Source: Octopus sinensis
Lineage: Eukaryota
Length of the DNA stretch: 64,000 bases
Direction: 5' to 3'
Assembly (NCBI RefSeq): GCF_006345805.1
Contig: NC_043000.1
Location: 87,916,001 to 87,980,000 of the forward strand
Positions 11,579 through 24,175 of the stretch are shown piece after piece; the stretch's first letter is position 1, and each line of letters begins with the position of its first letter. Under the pieces are notes generated by a model. That model was not told the DNA's origin. It ran no database searches and worked only from the letters and a program-made list of their open reading frames with translations. Position numbers and translations under genes: made by a program.

Positions 11579-13995
11579 AATGACAAAGTTATTTTAATAA
11601 ATTCATCAATTTTTTTTTTTCCCAAATTACTTGAAATGTAAGTAATGTATTTCAAAAGAAATATGGTATAGAAACAGTTAAGTGTTTGAATCTCAAAATA
11701 ACCAAGCGGGAATTCAAAATAACCAAGTGGGAATTCTCTGATAAAACTTAAATTCTTTTGATGTAGGCTGTTGTCTACATCGACAACTGATCAATAACAA
11801 CACAAAGTTATACAAATCTATTGCAACATTAACCTTTCAGCATCCAAATTGGCCATGGCCATCTGAAATATTTAACCTGATTTATGTTGAAACTGGCCAG
11901 ATTTGGCTTCTCACTTCAAACCAACAATGCCATTCTAAAACTAAGCTATCACGTCACTGAGATCTCTAAAATACAAGATAATACATGATTAACTGAAAAC
12001 AAAATAAATAAACAAACATTGTATTTGACAAAGTAATCTGAATACTAAAGGTTAACAGGGAAGGTTTAGACAAAATAGTGAAACCTAAAATTGATGACAA
12101 AATAGAGATCTTTATAAAAATGCAAAGCTAATATTATACTTAAGGGACATAAAGGTAACATAGTTTCTAGATCTAAACCATCATTTTCACATTTATTTTT
12201 CTATGCCAACTATTGGTGAGATAGGATTTATCAAAGCAGGATTTCTATGGCCATGTGAATTTCCTGTTGCCAACTCACATGTTTCCAGACAAGTAATATT
12301 TCAGACGAGTGGAATCAAATGAGATAGCTCATTATGACATTTAAAATCAACAAGCAATGTCATGACAAGGACACTTTATGCCTCCCTTTCTTTCTTTCTC
12401 TCTCTCACACATACACACACACACATATACGATGAGCTTCTTTCAGTTTCCATATCTGCCAAATCGACTTGTAAGGCTTTGGTTGCCTTGACACTATAAC
12501 AGAAGACACTTCCTTAAGGTGCCATGCAGTGGAACTGAACCTAAAACCATAGTTGGGAAGCAAGCTTTTTAACCACACAACTATACATACCTAAATGTGG
12601 TTAAAATCTAGCTAAATCAACAACAGCTGGTAAGAAAACTGCACTATGGCAGTATTAGCAGATTAATGGCAGTATTAGCTAAACTACTAACTGTAACTAA
12701 TTCAATAATAGTAACACAGTCATCACTAAGTTTAGGCATCATTAGTAAGAAACGCAATAACAAGGTTGGCATAATAGAATGTTATTTATCAATCTCTAAA
12801 GCATTATTCGGCTAAGTATTACACTTTGCTAAAAGTTAAATGCTATCTCTGTGCTCATCAACGTATTGGTTAGTTGATGTTATCAAACAATCTTGCTTTC
12901 AAATTGGATATCATGAAGCTTCAAGCAATCAGATAGAATACACACACACACATAAGCACTGTGGTTAAGATTTGTGCTTCTCAGTCACATGGATTTGATT
13001 TCGGTCAACTAAGTATCACCTTGTGAAAGTGTCTTCTACCATAGCAGTCAGCTGAAAAGCCTTGTAGGTGAGTTTGGTGGATGGAAACTGAAAGAAGCCT
13101 AGCATTTTAATATCCATTTCTCTATGCTTGCAAAGGTTGGACAGAATTAGTAAAAGCAGGCTTTTAGTTGCATGCCCTCCCTGTCACCAACCCTCACCTG
13201 TTTTCAAGTAAGGCAACATTTTCTCATAACCAGATGTGTTTTCAAAGAAAGACTAAAAGGAAAGAACACGCATTATGTGTGTGTGTGTGTGCACATATGT
13301 GTGTATGTATATGAGTGCATGTGTGTGCGCATGAGTGTTTCTATGTCTCCCTGTCTTGATATTCTGTGATGGTCACACAAGCGATGTCATTTGTTCCCAA
13401 TCTTCCATATAAACATGTCCAGTTACAGGAAAACATTATGTTGCTTGTAAACAAGTAGGAGAGGCATCTAGCTGTAGAAAATTTGCTTCAACAAATTCCA
13501 CTCAAACCACTTTTCCATGCATTTGCATGTAAAAGTAGTAAATTAAAACAATGATAAGTTTGTTTCCCAACCACATGGTTCTGGGTTCAGTCTCACGGCA
13601 TGGCATCTTGGGCAAGTGTTTTCAACTATACTTTCAGCAAACCAAAGCTTTATGAGTGGATCTGATAGAAGCCTATCATATATCATCAGCACTGAATGTC
13701 TATTGTCCATGCTGCCATGGGTTGGATGGTTTTGATCTAAACTTGGGAACTGCACCAGACACCAGTCTGATTCGGCATAGTTTCTATGGCTGGATGCCCT
13801 TCCAAACACCAACCGCTTTACAGAGTGTGCTGGGTGCTTTTATGTGGCACTGTATGGGCACATTTAAGTGGCACCACACAGGCACTTTTATTTGGAACTA
13901 CATTGGTGCTTTTACATAGCACCACATGGGCTTCTTTTATGTGGCACCACTTGAGTAATTTACATGGCACACACACACATGTATGTATATAAGTG

Positions 13996-14399
13996 TGTGT
14001 GTGAATCTGACAAATGACGGAATTCCTGAGTCATGCGGAAACAGTGATTCAAATGTTCTGGGGAGACAAAGTCTTCTGCCACTTTGATACAACTGTGTAA
14101 ATTCCGTACCTGATGAGGTGCTCCTGCTGGAATGAACACAGCATCACCCAGACATTGTACAATGGTGTAACCATGTACACCATATTCTTTGTTAAGACGG
14201 TCCCGCAGATCAGCATCCAGATACCAGCTTTGATCGTGAATTGGATCATGATCAGGTTCTAGCAGCTGTCCATTTTCTTTCCCAACCTTATTTAGCAAGT
14301 CTCTAATTTTGTCAGCTTCTTCAGCACAATAAATATGCCACAGAGCGCCTGGGATTTCATTGACTTCTCTTACCCGTCTCTTGGTAATAATATCACAGT
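13996..14399 (-). pseudogene. KDM3: Processed KDM3/JMJD1 (JmjC H3K9 demethylase) fragment, inverted 5' segment
   Basis: Uninterrupted frame [23 protein letters not shown]...[11 protein letters not shown]...[32 protein letters not shown]...[11 protein letters not shown]; no introns. Confidence 0.93.
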
Positions 14400-14745
14400 A
14401 ACCATGAAGATAAACTTCAGGTCAAGAATATCATTTACCATGCTGTGAAAGATGCCATTGCTGTCCTCAGTGATAAACCTGTGGAATGAAATCCTCTTAA
14501 GTAGAGCTGTATACATCTTGCTACTTGTTTCTGGCTGGTTTTGTAAACAATGACCAAGACTGGCTGGACAGAAAAACTCTGATAAACCTGCCAGCCAGCC
14601 ATACCAAGTGACATCCCACCTACACTGCCAAAGTCACTCCTGGCACTTTTTTTTTTATCTGTTATTGCATTGTTATTAAAAGCCGTCTTTGTCCTTGTCA
14701 ATCCTGCTAACTCTACTACATCCTACTTTGTGTTGTCAACTTTGT
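14400..14745 (+). pseudogene. KDM3: Processed KDM3 fragment, non-inverted 3' segment (C-terminus plus 3' UTR)
   Basis: 14400-14489 encodes [29 protein letters not shown]-stop, the direct continuation of ...SHT; unique UTR-like sequence follows (ATTAAA 14675-14680) up to a (TG)n tract; right end approximate. Confidence 0.88.
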
Positions 14746-15031
14746 GTGTGTGTGCATGTTTCCTAGTCTCGACTTCATGTGTACTTGTAATGATTGTCAT
14801 TATCAAACAAGCAGTGTCGTTCATTTCCAATATACTGTGAAAACATATCTAATCATGGAGACATATCTTACTTGAAACAGGTAAATAAATTCTTTCCAAG
14901 GATGGAAAGTGAATATTAAACTTGAATGAAATATGTATGTGTGTGTGTGTGTGTGTGTGTGTGCACACATATTGAAAATTATCTTCTTTATATTTTATTT
15001 TAGGGTTGAATAATCAAGAGAAATAACTCAC

Positions 15032-15158
15032 TTCTGCTTCACAAAGGTGCGTTAATCCTTTCAATGCCATTATTGCCGCTGGAGTGGTTGATTTTAATAA
15101 GCAGCTATTGAGAATATCAGATAAAAGACTTAACATATCTGGTCCATGCTGTACAGGC
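15032..15158 (-). CDS. FOCAD: Focadhesin exon 9 of 13 (absent from ORF track)
   Basis: tttacag|...|gtgagt; RPVQHGPDMLSLLSDILNSCLLKSTTPAAIMALKGLTHLCEAE, similar to RPYQHGADML...LHALCQAE. Confidence 0.95.
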
Positions 15159-15719
15159 CTGTAAACATAAGATATATGAATAGTCATTGAGTAAATATTT
15201 ATTTTAGAAAGATTAATTTATTCATATTATATGATGCATATATTGCGGTCAATTTATTATTATTATTATTATTATATAATGCATACATGTCATGTAAAAA
15301 TATTTCCTTTTTCTGTTTATAACCTAGCCATCATACATACACACACAGAGAGTTTCCTCACACATTATTTCTCTTTGATAAGTATTTCCTTTATATTGCT
15401 CTTGTTTTGGTTTTCTCCTTCAATCACTCTTTCTTCTACTTTCTATTCACCTCATTCATGCTGGCTTAAATGAACTTAGACAGCAATACAGCAGGTAAGG
15501 CTCTTTAGTGATACTGATGACCAAAAATCCCTCTTTGGTACTGTTACCAAGATAAAATGTACTCGGGTTACTCTGTAAAGAAGCTGGTGTAAAGAAAGGT
15601 ATCCAACCATAGAAATCATGCTAAAGTTGGAATGTATCAGTGAGATTTCATTGCTGACCTATCAAGGAGGGCAGTAACTCCAAAGAAGCACTGATTTATA
15701 CTGTGGCAACTGTCTAAGC

Positions 15720-15882
15720 TAGTGGTTCCCAACCTGTGGTCTGCAAAGGTAGTACTAGGGGTCCATGAACTAAATTCAAAATTTCATATATATATATATA
15801 TGTAAGCATATTAAAAGGGGTCTGTGGGTAAACTCATTTAAATAAAAGGGATCTTTGGTAGTGAAAAGGTGGGGAACCACTG
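15720..15882. mobile_element. hAT-type MITE
   Basis: TAGTGGTTCCCAACC / GGTGGGGAACCACTG TIRs; imperfect 8-bp TSD GTCTAAGC / GGCTAAGT. Confidence 0.7.
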
Positions 15883-16348
15883 GGCTAAGTCATGCCAGCA
15901 ATAAAAGTGAATGTATGATACTGCTGATGATACAGAGGAGGATGTGTTACAATGTAAATGAACTCAGACACAATGGGCTCTTTTCAGTTTCTGTCTATAA
16001 AACCACTCATAAGGCTTTGGTTACAGGCCTGGGTTACAGTATAAGACACATGCCCAAGTTTCAACATAGTGGGACTGAACATAAAATCACATGGTTGGAA
16101 AGCAAGAGTCTTAACTACATGCAGTATACAAAACTTCTTGTTCCTAACCTGAAAATGTTTTCATTCTGTAGAGTCAGAATGGAGCCAAAAACATGTTGCT
16201 TAGAGAATGAGTCACAAATTGATTTTAAATATTGTTTAAAAAAAAAAAATTGAAAATTTTTACTGGTTTAATTAAACTCTAAATAATATTTTGATTGTTG
16301 TTTTTAACACAAAAAATGCTCAAAGTTATAACAAACCAAGATAATCAC

Positions 16349-16578
16349 CTTAATTCACAGATACTTGTGATCGAGTGTGCTTTAGCAAAAACTACTTCAT
16401 TTGTTATTGCTGCTATGGTACCTGGAGTGATGGACTCTTCTGTAAGTGCTTTCTGCAACTGGGGGAAGCAGCGGTCCTGTATTTTCCACAATTCTGTCAG
16501 TAGTGTAATGAAAATGGCTTTCAGCCCCTTGTAAGAGCCTAATTCTTGGATAGATTTCAAAATTGGACCAACTACAAC
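16349..16578 (-). CDS. FOCAD: Focadhesin exon 8 of 13
   Basis: ttttgtag|...|gtgatt; VVVGPILKSIQELG...LTELWKIQDRCFPQLQ...AKAHSITSICEL, similar to LTSLWEKQDRVYPELQ...AKAASIRDICKQ. Confidence 0.95.
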
Positions 16579-17494
16579 CTACAAAAGAGATAAAGAAAAT
16601 TAGAGCTCAAGTATAATATCTTTAGAAGTCTTGGAAAAGCATTCACTTCTGGGGTTTTTTTAATACTTAATTTACTAATTTGCTTAAATAATTTGAAAAA
16701 TATTTTTATACTAGAGTGTTACTTGTCATACAATGAGTAACATTGGAAATATAATTTTGCTATCAGAAGTACACTCTGGCACCTCATCTCCAATTTTATC
16801 ATCTTTCTAACTACTCTCACTCATGCTTCTATAATATAGGGTAGCCATGTATCTATCTCCTCTACAGCCAAGTATCTCTTTTGTGCCATGTACAGGGCAG
16901 CCATGTGTCTCTTTTGTCTCTCTTATTTCTTTATTGCCCACAAGGGGCTAAACATAGAGGGGACAAACATGGTTCCAGGATCAGTCCTACTGCATGTCAT
17001 CTTCAGCAAATGTCTTCTACTATAGCCTCGGGCCAACCGAAGCCTTGAGAGTGGATTTGGTAGATGGAAACTGAAAGAAGCTCATCAGATATATGTATAT
17101 ATATGTATGTGTGTATGTATACGTTTGTGTGTCTGTGTTTGTCCCCCCAACATCACTTGATAACCGATGGTGGTGTGTTTATGTCCCCGTAACTTAGCGG
17201 TTAGGCAAAAGAGACTGATAGAATAAGTACTAGGCTTACAAAGAATAAGTCCTAGGGTCGACTTGCTCGACTAAAGGTGGTGCTCCAGCATGGCTGCAGT
17301 GAAATGACTGAAACAAGTAAAAGAGTAAAAAGAGAGAGAGAGAGTAATATGATTTTTTTTCATATGTGTTGAATGGCTATGGAGGTCCAGTAGAGTTAAA
17401 TAAGAATCAAAGGTGCCCATGGGGAAAAAATGGTTGAGAACTACTGCTTGAGAGGAACCCTATTTCAGTTGCATGTATTAATGATCATGCCCTT

Positions 17495-18280
17495 TTAGTC
17501 ATTTAACCAAAATTCATAAACATAGGTGAGGACAGGCACAAAAACCAAATTGAAGATTGTGAGTTTGGCTGTTTCAACAATCTCTTCCTTTTTGAGGATT
17601 GAATACTGGGATTGGTGCATTACTGTGCCAGCACCAGCAATTCTTGCAACCAACTCAGCCTCCTGTTTTCCATCACATGTGAATACAACTCCAAGATACT
17701 TAATCTCCACCACTTGTCTCAGTCATGTTCCAATAACATGCACAGTGTACTGCCTACCCTAAAGTCCAACCCCTCCTCAAAGCGGTAGGGTGGTGTAAAC
17801 GGGCAGTGTCAGAGCTATGCCGTTGGGAACTTCAGTTCCAGGTAGGGCCACCCAAGGCAGATTGGTCTGGCACTGAGCGGTATTAGGGCCACAGCATGGC
17901 CAATGGGGCTCTGGTGAAAATTCCAAGAGGCGTCTGATCGGCAACTGGCAGCTTCGAGGTCGTTTTGTCCTTGAGTCTGTGGAGACTCTGCAGTAAACAG
18001 GGTGTCCCGTCACTCGGGATATGCATGCAAGATGTCGGGGACCGCTTGTGAATTCAATATTCCCATGAAACTTCTTCAAAGACGAAGCTGGCTCAACCCA
18101 CCCTGGGTGAACACCGTCACACATACAGTGTACTGAGAAGATTTTCTTGAAAAGACTGATGTCTCAGTCTTCGCAACACTAACTATCTTTCTTGCCTTGC
18201 AGCACTTGGCAGTGAACCCAATCAGTACATGCTGGAGATCACCTTCTGATGAGCCAAGTAACACCATGTCATCTGTAAAT
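17495..18280 (-). mobile_element. RTE (Expander/Rex3-like) RT fragment, interrupted at 17753-18124
   Basis: FTDDMVLLGSSEGDLQHVL...VAKTET...QVVEIKYLGVVFTCDGKQEAELVARI...FVPVLTYVYEFW. Confidence 0.8.
17753..18124 (+). mobile_element. 372-bp GC-rich non-coding retroelement, probably an RTE-derived non-autonomous element
   Basis: TSD ACAGTGTACTG at 17742-17752 and 18125-18135; structured motif GAGCTATGCCGTTGGGAAC...GGTAGGGCCACCCAAGGCAGATTGGTC. Confidence 0.65.
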
Positions 18281-20287
18281 ATAAGCCAGTCGATCAGAAA
18301 AAAAAATACATGGGTACTATTGCATTCAAATTTAGAAACCTTCCCGAAAAAACTAAGGATGTTGAAACAGTGAAAGTTGTTTTGTTGGTAAGTTTCTTCT
18401 TTGGCCGTAGGATGCTCTGGATGAAAGCAGCTAGGTATAGTGCTAGAAAGTAAAAGAATTCTTCTTTTAACCAGGAAGTTAAAAATGCCAACCAAATAAA
18501 GGAGGCTTACAAAGCTTGGCCTGGACACAGATTTCCCCTTTTTGTGGTGAGGGTACATAAAAAAGGAGAAAACCCCAGTAAGTTATGCAAAAAAGTACAA
18601 AACAAAAAAACACAAAAAAATATCATTCTGGTAACAAACGTCTTACTTGAAAAGCTTATTAGGAAAAATATTAATTACAATGACTATTTTTATATGACAT
18701 AGAGCATGACTGGAGAAATCAATCAACCAACCAACATTTATATTGGCTATTATTATGTAGAGATTCAATGTACTTTTGACAAGTTGTGGTGCATTTGAGC
18801 ACTATATACAATAATTTCATTTTCATTATTAAAATTTCCAAGTTTAGGAATTGCTGAATACTATACACCTTTTCCTTGACTTATGACTGAGTTCCATTCT
18901 AACTGACAGGTTGTAAGTCAATCTGGTCGTATGTGGATTTATATTATTCAACACTATTTTCATTCAAAAGCGACTGATTATTGAAAGCATCTGAGTGAAA
19001 GACAGTGGCAAGCAGTGGATGCCTGGGTCGGAGGGAGTCCTGCATTGCCAGATGCTGTCACAGTTATCATATGCGCAGCTGCCCAACATCCGATAATTGA
19101 TTATTTATTTATTTATTTACTTTCTTATTTTCTTATTTTTGTGGTCATAAGTTGAGGAGAATGCGTATTCAAATATTTTGTAAATGTATTATACAGTTTT
19201 GTACTATTGAAATCAAGTTAGCAATAGAAAATAAACACCAGAACATCACCTCTGACAACAACAACCATAACAATAACAATAATTTCAAAAGCAAAAGTAA
19301 ACTCCTATGTGGATGATAATCCAGGATGAAAAGCAATGAAATATCCTTTAAATCACACTTTAACTATTTTAAAAAATGAAGAATGCGTTAAATGATGTAG
19401 CACTAGGTATATGAAAAGACAGGATGGTCAAAGTTGGAATGTCTTGATCATAGGCTTGTTTGCTCAAAGCTAACCCGGGCTAAGCAACAACAACAACAAC
19501 AATATAGTAACAGAAAGTCTGTGGTCATTTTATTTGCTTAATACATGAATCATCATTATTTCCCCAAATTCTTCACTACATTTAATCCCTTTTGATACTG
19601 ACTTACCTGCAACTGCCTCTGGTTCTATGATACAAACTTCTTGTTTTAAATAGATTTACATTATATCAAAATTTCATGCTTAATTTATGTTCCAACCATA
19701 ATATCAAAGTTATTTTCCTAAATTCTTCATTATTTTCACAATTAACTGAAGCAATACAGTGTATTTCAACAGAGATATGATAACAAAAATGTTAAAGTAA
19801 TCTAAATGAAAACCTTCCATCAAAATATCATGTTCAATTTATGTTCCAACTAGCAGCTTAACCTTTAGCACACTGTAGCTGCATCATGTCACTGTATGAG
19901 TTTTCTCCCCTGTAGTAACAGGGCAGTGGCAGGGGAAACAATTTTAGAGAAATGCAGTGTGTTAAAGGGTAATAATGACAAAGTTATTTTACTACAATCT
20001 TTATTATATTTACAATTAACAGAAACGAAGGCAAAGGATTTCAACAGAAATATTATAACATTTAGGTGGCATTCAAAGAGTCCTCTCTGATGCAAACATC
20101 CTGTATTTAGTTGTGATTTCTTCCTTTTTTTTTTCCTTTTCAGTAGGCATTGCTGGTATCAATGTTTCTCTTCTTCCTCAGAGTAAGCCATAAAAGTACT
20201 CCAAAACAAACTACAAATTATTAGGGTACCATGGCCACAGCCTTGGGCTGAAACATATATAAGAATAAAAAAAATATATGGGAATAC

Positions 20288-20392
20288 CTTATGTTGAGCA
20301 AGTTTAGGAATCGCTTTAAGGATGTTCAGTTTGCGACTAGGATCTGGTTCACGTCCAATTTGATAGAGAAACAAGGGAAGCAAAAATGAAGC
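20288..20392 (-). CDS. FOCAD: Focadhesin exon 7 of 13
   Basis: cttttaag|...|gtatt; ASFLLPLFLYQIGREPDPSRKLNILKAIPKLAQHK, similar to vertebrate ...ILYTLPKLGVHK. Confidence 0.93.
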
Positions 20393-23048
20393 CTTAAAAG
20401 AAAAAAAGAAGGGCGTGTACAAGATACATACATATATAATACTAATAGATGAGATTTAATGAAAATGATTTTAAATTCATGTAAGAAACCCATAGATCTA
20501 GATTTAGATATAATATTTCAATGAAACAACTACATTTAATAAAAATATAAAAAAGATATTTATAAATAAAATTAAATCTGCTGAAATGTTAAAGGATTGT
20601 ATTAAATATGTTATAGTAATTAATATCATCTGTCTGTCTTACTGTGGTCTGGGTAACTTCTAAACCTCTCTGCTTTTAAAAAATGCTATATGAAGAAACT
20701 TAACTACCTATAGTTCCTGCCATTCAAAAAGTGATCTAAATGGCATCGCAGCTGGAATCCAGGACAAAATACCTTGTAGTATTTAGTTATGTCCCTTTAT
20801 GTTCTCAGGTGAAATTTCAGCAAGGTTGGCTAAGTTTTCCAAACTTCTGTGGTCGATAAAATATATAGCAATAACATATTGGTAGTAATCAAAATTCCTG
20901 GAAAACTGATATTCCGGTGCCAATGTTATAAATAATAGTAATTTATTGTTAGAGTGTCAGACAAGATTCCTTATGACATTTAGTTCATTCCCTTTACAAT
21001 CTGAGTTCAAATATACACAGGTCAACTTCACATTTTAGCCTCTGAAGGTCAATGATATATGTACCTCTCAAGCCTTGGGGGGTGGGTACTTCAATCAATA
21101 GCACTCTTCTTCAAAGAATCAGAAAACATTATCATTAACCCCATTATTCCATGGTTTTATGCAAGTTTCTAATTGTAATACAAGATACACATATACAAAA
21201 CTGTAAGTTAGTCCATAATTCTGTTTCCTAAAACAGTTAGAAATAGCTGTCAAATCATTTTCAAATTTTATCCATTGAAGTCATATCATTCCCACAGCAT
21301 TTCTGCTTTTGGAGCACTTTAATTATTTTCCAATCCTCTTGGACTTGAACCATCTTTATGCATTCCAGTGTTACCTACTTTCCCTTCTTATCATCCCTAA
21401 ATACAAGTTCTTAACAATACTTGCCTTCACACCCAGCTCCTATCTTAAGCTGTGTCTCACTCTTCCTTACTTTCTTGCAAGCTCTACCTGCCCACAATCT
21501 CATACCACTCCTTCAAAAATATAAGTCCCAAAGGAAGGAATATTAACCATCATCATTTAACATTCACCTTCCATGCCATATGGTTTGGATAGTTTGACTA
21601 AATCCAGTGAGACGGAGGATTGCATCAGTTCCAATGTCTGTTTTGGCATAGTTTCTATGGTAGATGATCTTCCTAACACTAATATCTTTCCCAGCATCAA
21701 TTCCTAATTAATAACATTGTTCTTGGTGGTGTTAGCAGTGGTGGCAGTAGTAGCAGCAGTAGTAGTTTCCTGTTGTCTCTGCTACCCAAGTAAGAGAGAT
21801 ATTTATTTCTAACTAAATCCTTTATATGAAATTCATTCTGGCAAAGATTGGATGAAACTGAAAAATAGGACCAAAAAATGAGCATCTCTCCCTCTGGTGA
21901 GAATGATAGTTTATTGCAGAGATGCCTGCTGCCTTGTTACAATGAATAAACAATGTAAGGTTGAGAAGATAACTCATTAATGTTGTTAAGGACATGACAG
22001 CTAATGTGTTAGTATCACAATATAAATGTGCACAGTACACTCCTGTAAAGGAGCTGGCTATAGGAAGGACATCCAGAAATAGAAACTAAAATAGAGTGTG
22101 TAGACAGATGTAGTCTTCTAAAGAGTTAGGGGATGTTTACTTTGATTAACACCTGATACAAATCATCCTAGCATGGAAAGCAGATGTAAAATGATAATGA
22201 ACATGATGATGATGGCATGTAGAGTTTTATAACAAACAAACAAAAATTGTATATTAAAGATTAGTCTTCCTCTTTAGGATTTGAAAATACTTCCATCTCA
22301 GTTATCAACCTTATTGTTTTTTTCCTGTCTTTGCTCTACAGTAATCAATCACTATGCACAATCCTTTCTTTGCATGATGTTATTCCACTGGAATCCTATC
22401 CTTTTATAGTTCTTTAAAAAGAACATTAACCACATCAATCTCACTGATAACAGAAAGCTCAAAAGCAAAGGAAACTACCCTTTTCTCTCTCTAGATTAAA
22501 CCATAAAAAAATAATAATAGGCACAGGTTGCTTCCCAACCACATGGTTCTAGGTTCAGACCCACTGTATAGCACCTTGGGAAAATAGGAAAATACTTTCT
22601 ACTATGGCCCTGGGCCAATAAAAGCCTTGTTAATGGATTTGATAGACAGAAACAATGTATATGTACATATCTCTGTATAAGTGTGTTTGTGTTTGTCCTC
22701 TGTCAGTGATTGACAACAGGAGTTGGTTTGTATACGTCCTCCTAACTGAACAGTTTGGCAAAAGGGATTGATAGAATAGGTACCAGGCTTTAAAAAGTAA
22801 ATATTGGTGTCAACTCATTTGCCTAAAACCCTTCAAAAAAAATTTTTTAAATAAAAACATCATCTAGTTGCCCAGAAATACACTTAAGTACCTGCAAGAT
22901 ATTTGAAACTGTTACTTAGGAGTCAGTAGTCCAACATCCATTTATCCAATCAGTTATCTAATCTCTACTAACTGTTAACTGCTATTGTAGAGATAATCTA
23001 AGTGAAATCAGAGTTTATTCTATCTTTTTTAGAAGAGAGCAATCTTAC

Positions 23049-23318
23049 CTGCCTGTCATCCTTTTCAGCAACTACAAGCAAACCATTCATAGCATTTGCA
23101 GAGAAATTTGTACACTGTGGTGTGACAAATAATGATGCTAAAAAATTGGTCATTATCACAGGAATTTCATTGATGCCAGTCAGTGATTCTTGAATGTTGT
23201 TCATTAACAGGAGACAATTTATTTCTGATTCATTTACTATATCAGAACACAATTTCAAATACTGTCTGCTTTGATATGCACCTTCTGTCATACACGGTTC
23301 TTCAGACCAGGAAATTGG
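23049..23318 (-). CDS. FOCAD: Focadhesin exon 6 of 13
   Basis: pyrimidine tract and AAG acceptor, gtaag donor; PISWSEEPCMTEGAYQ...NGLLVVAEKDDRQ; 270 nt; 5' boundary less certain. Confidence 0.85.
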
Positions 23319-23851
23319 CTTGAATATTGAAAGGAAGACAGAAAAAAGAGAAGAGAAAATGGCATATAAATGTCAATATATAAATAGTAGGGGAAATTCT
23401 CAGTTAAGACAGCATCTGTATGTAATATGATTTTTGCTAGCTAGACAGAGAACCAATGATTACATTCATGATATATCAAGTTTAACCCTTTAACAGTCAG
23501 ATACACAGTCAAAAGTAATGCATATTTATGAAACATTGTTTTTAAATTAATTGTGCATCATCTTCTAACTTTGTGATTTTGATTATGTTACTATTATTTT
23601 TAGGATGATATTATTGAATAAGTGTGAGAGACCAAATCTAGCTGGTTTGATCATAAAACAGGTAGACTATTTTAGCCAGGTATGGCTAGTTTAAATAATA
23701 AAGGGTTACAGGGGAAGAAACGAATGAATAAAATTACTTGACACTCATCTATCAACTCAAAGCATTATAAAGATAAAAAACAAAATATTCCAGAATGGAT
23801 GAAGCAAGAAATAAAGGGAGGCAAGAGAGGAAAAGGAAAGAGAAAACTCAC

Positions 23852-24072
23852 CAACATCCCTGCAGTTGAATCAGTCTCTGAAGAGGCTGAGACCTTGTAA
23901 TCTAGCTGAATTTTTTCCATAGCTTCTATAATGGAGGTAGACTTTGTTTGTATGGTGTGTAGAGTAAAAGGGTCTGCTTGGGGTGACAGCATGAGATATA
24001 GCAAGGGTAATATTAAGCATCCATGGACTACAGGATGAACAGCAGTGTTATTGGTATTCAGTATTATTAATG
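23852..24072 (-). CDS. FOCAD: Focadhesin exon 5 of 13
   Basis: ttcttatag|...|gtgagt; LIILNTNNTAVHPVVHGCLILPLLYLMLSPQ...STAGML; phase 1/0. Confidence 0.87.
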
Positions 24073-24175
24073 CTATAAGAAAAAAAAAAAAGAAAGAAAT
24101 ACAACAATATTGAATATTGAAGGTCGATAAGGAATAAACTTATACTATATATACAGAATATATACAAATATGATA

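Noticed and set aside
13960-14298. JmjC ORF as a real nested gene or a FOCAD exon
   Set aside because: It has no start or flanking exons, its C-terminus lies on the opposite strand, and FOCAD exons 9 and 10 already join in frame.
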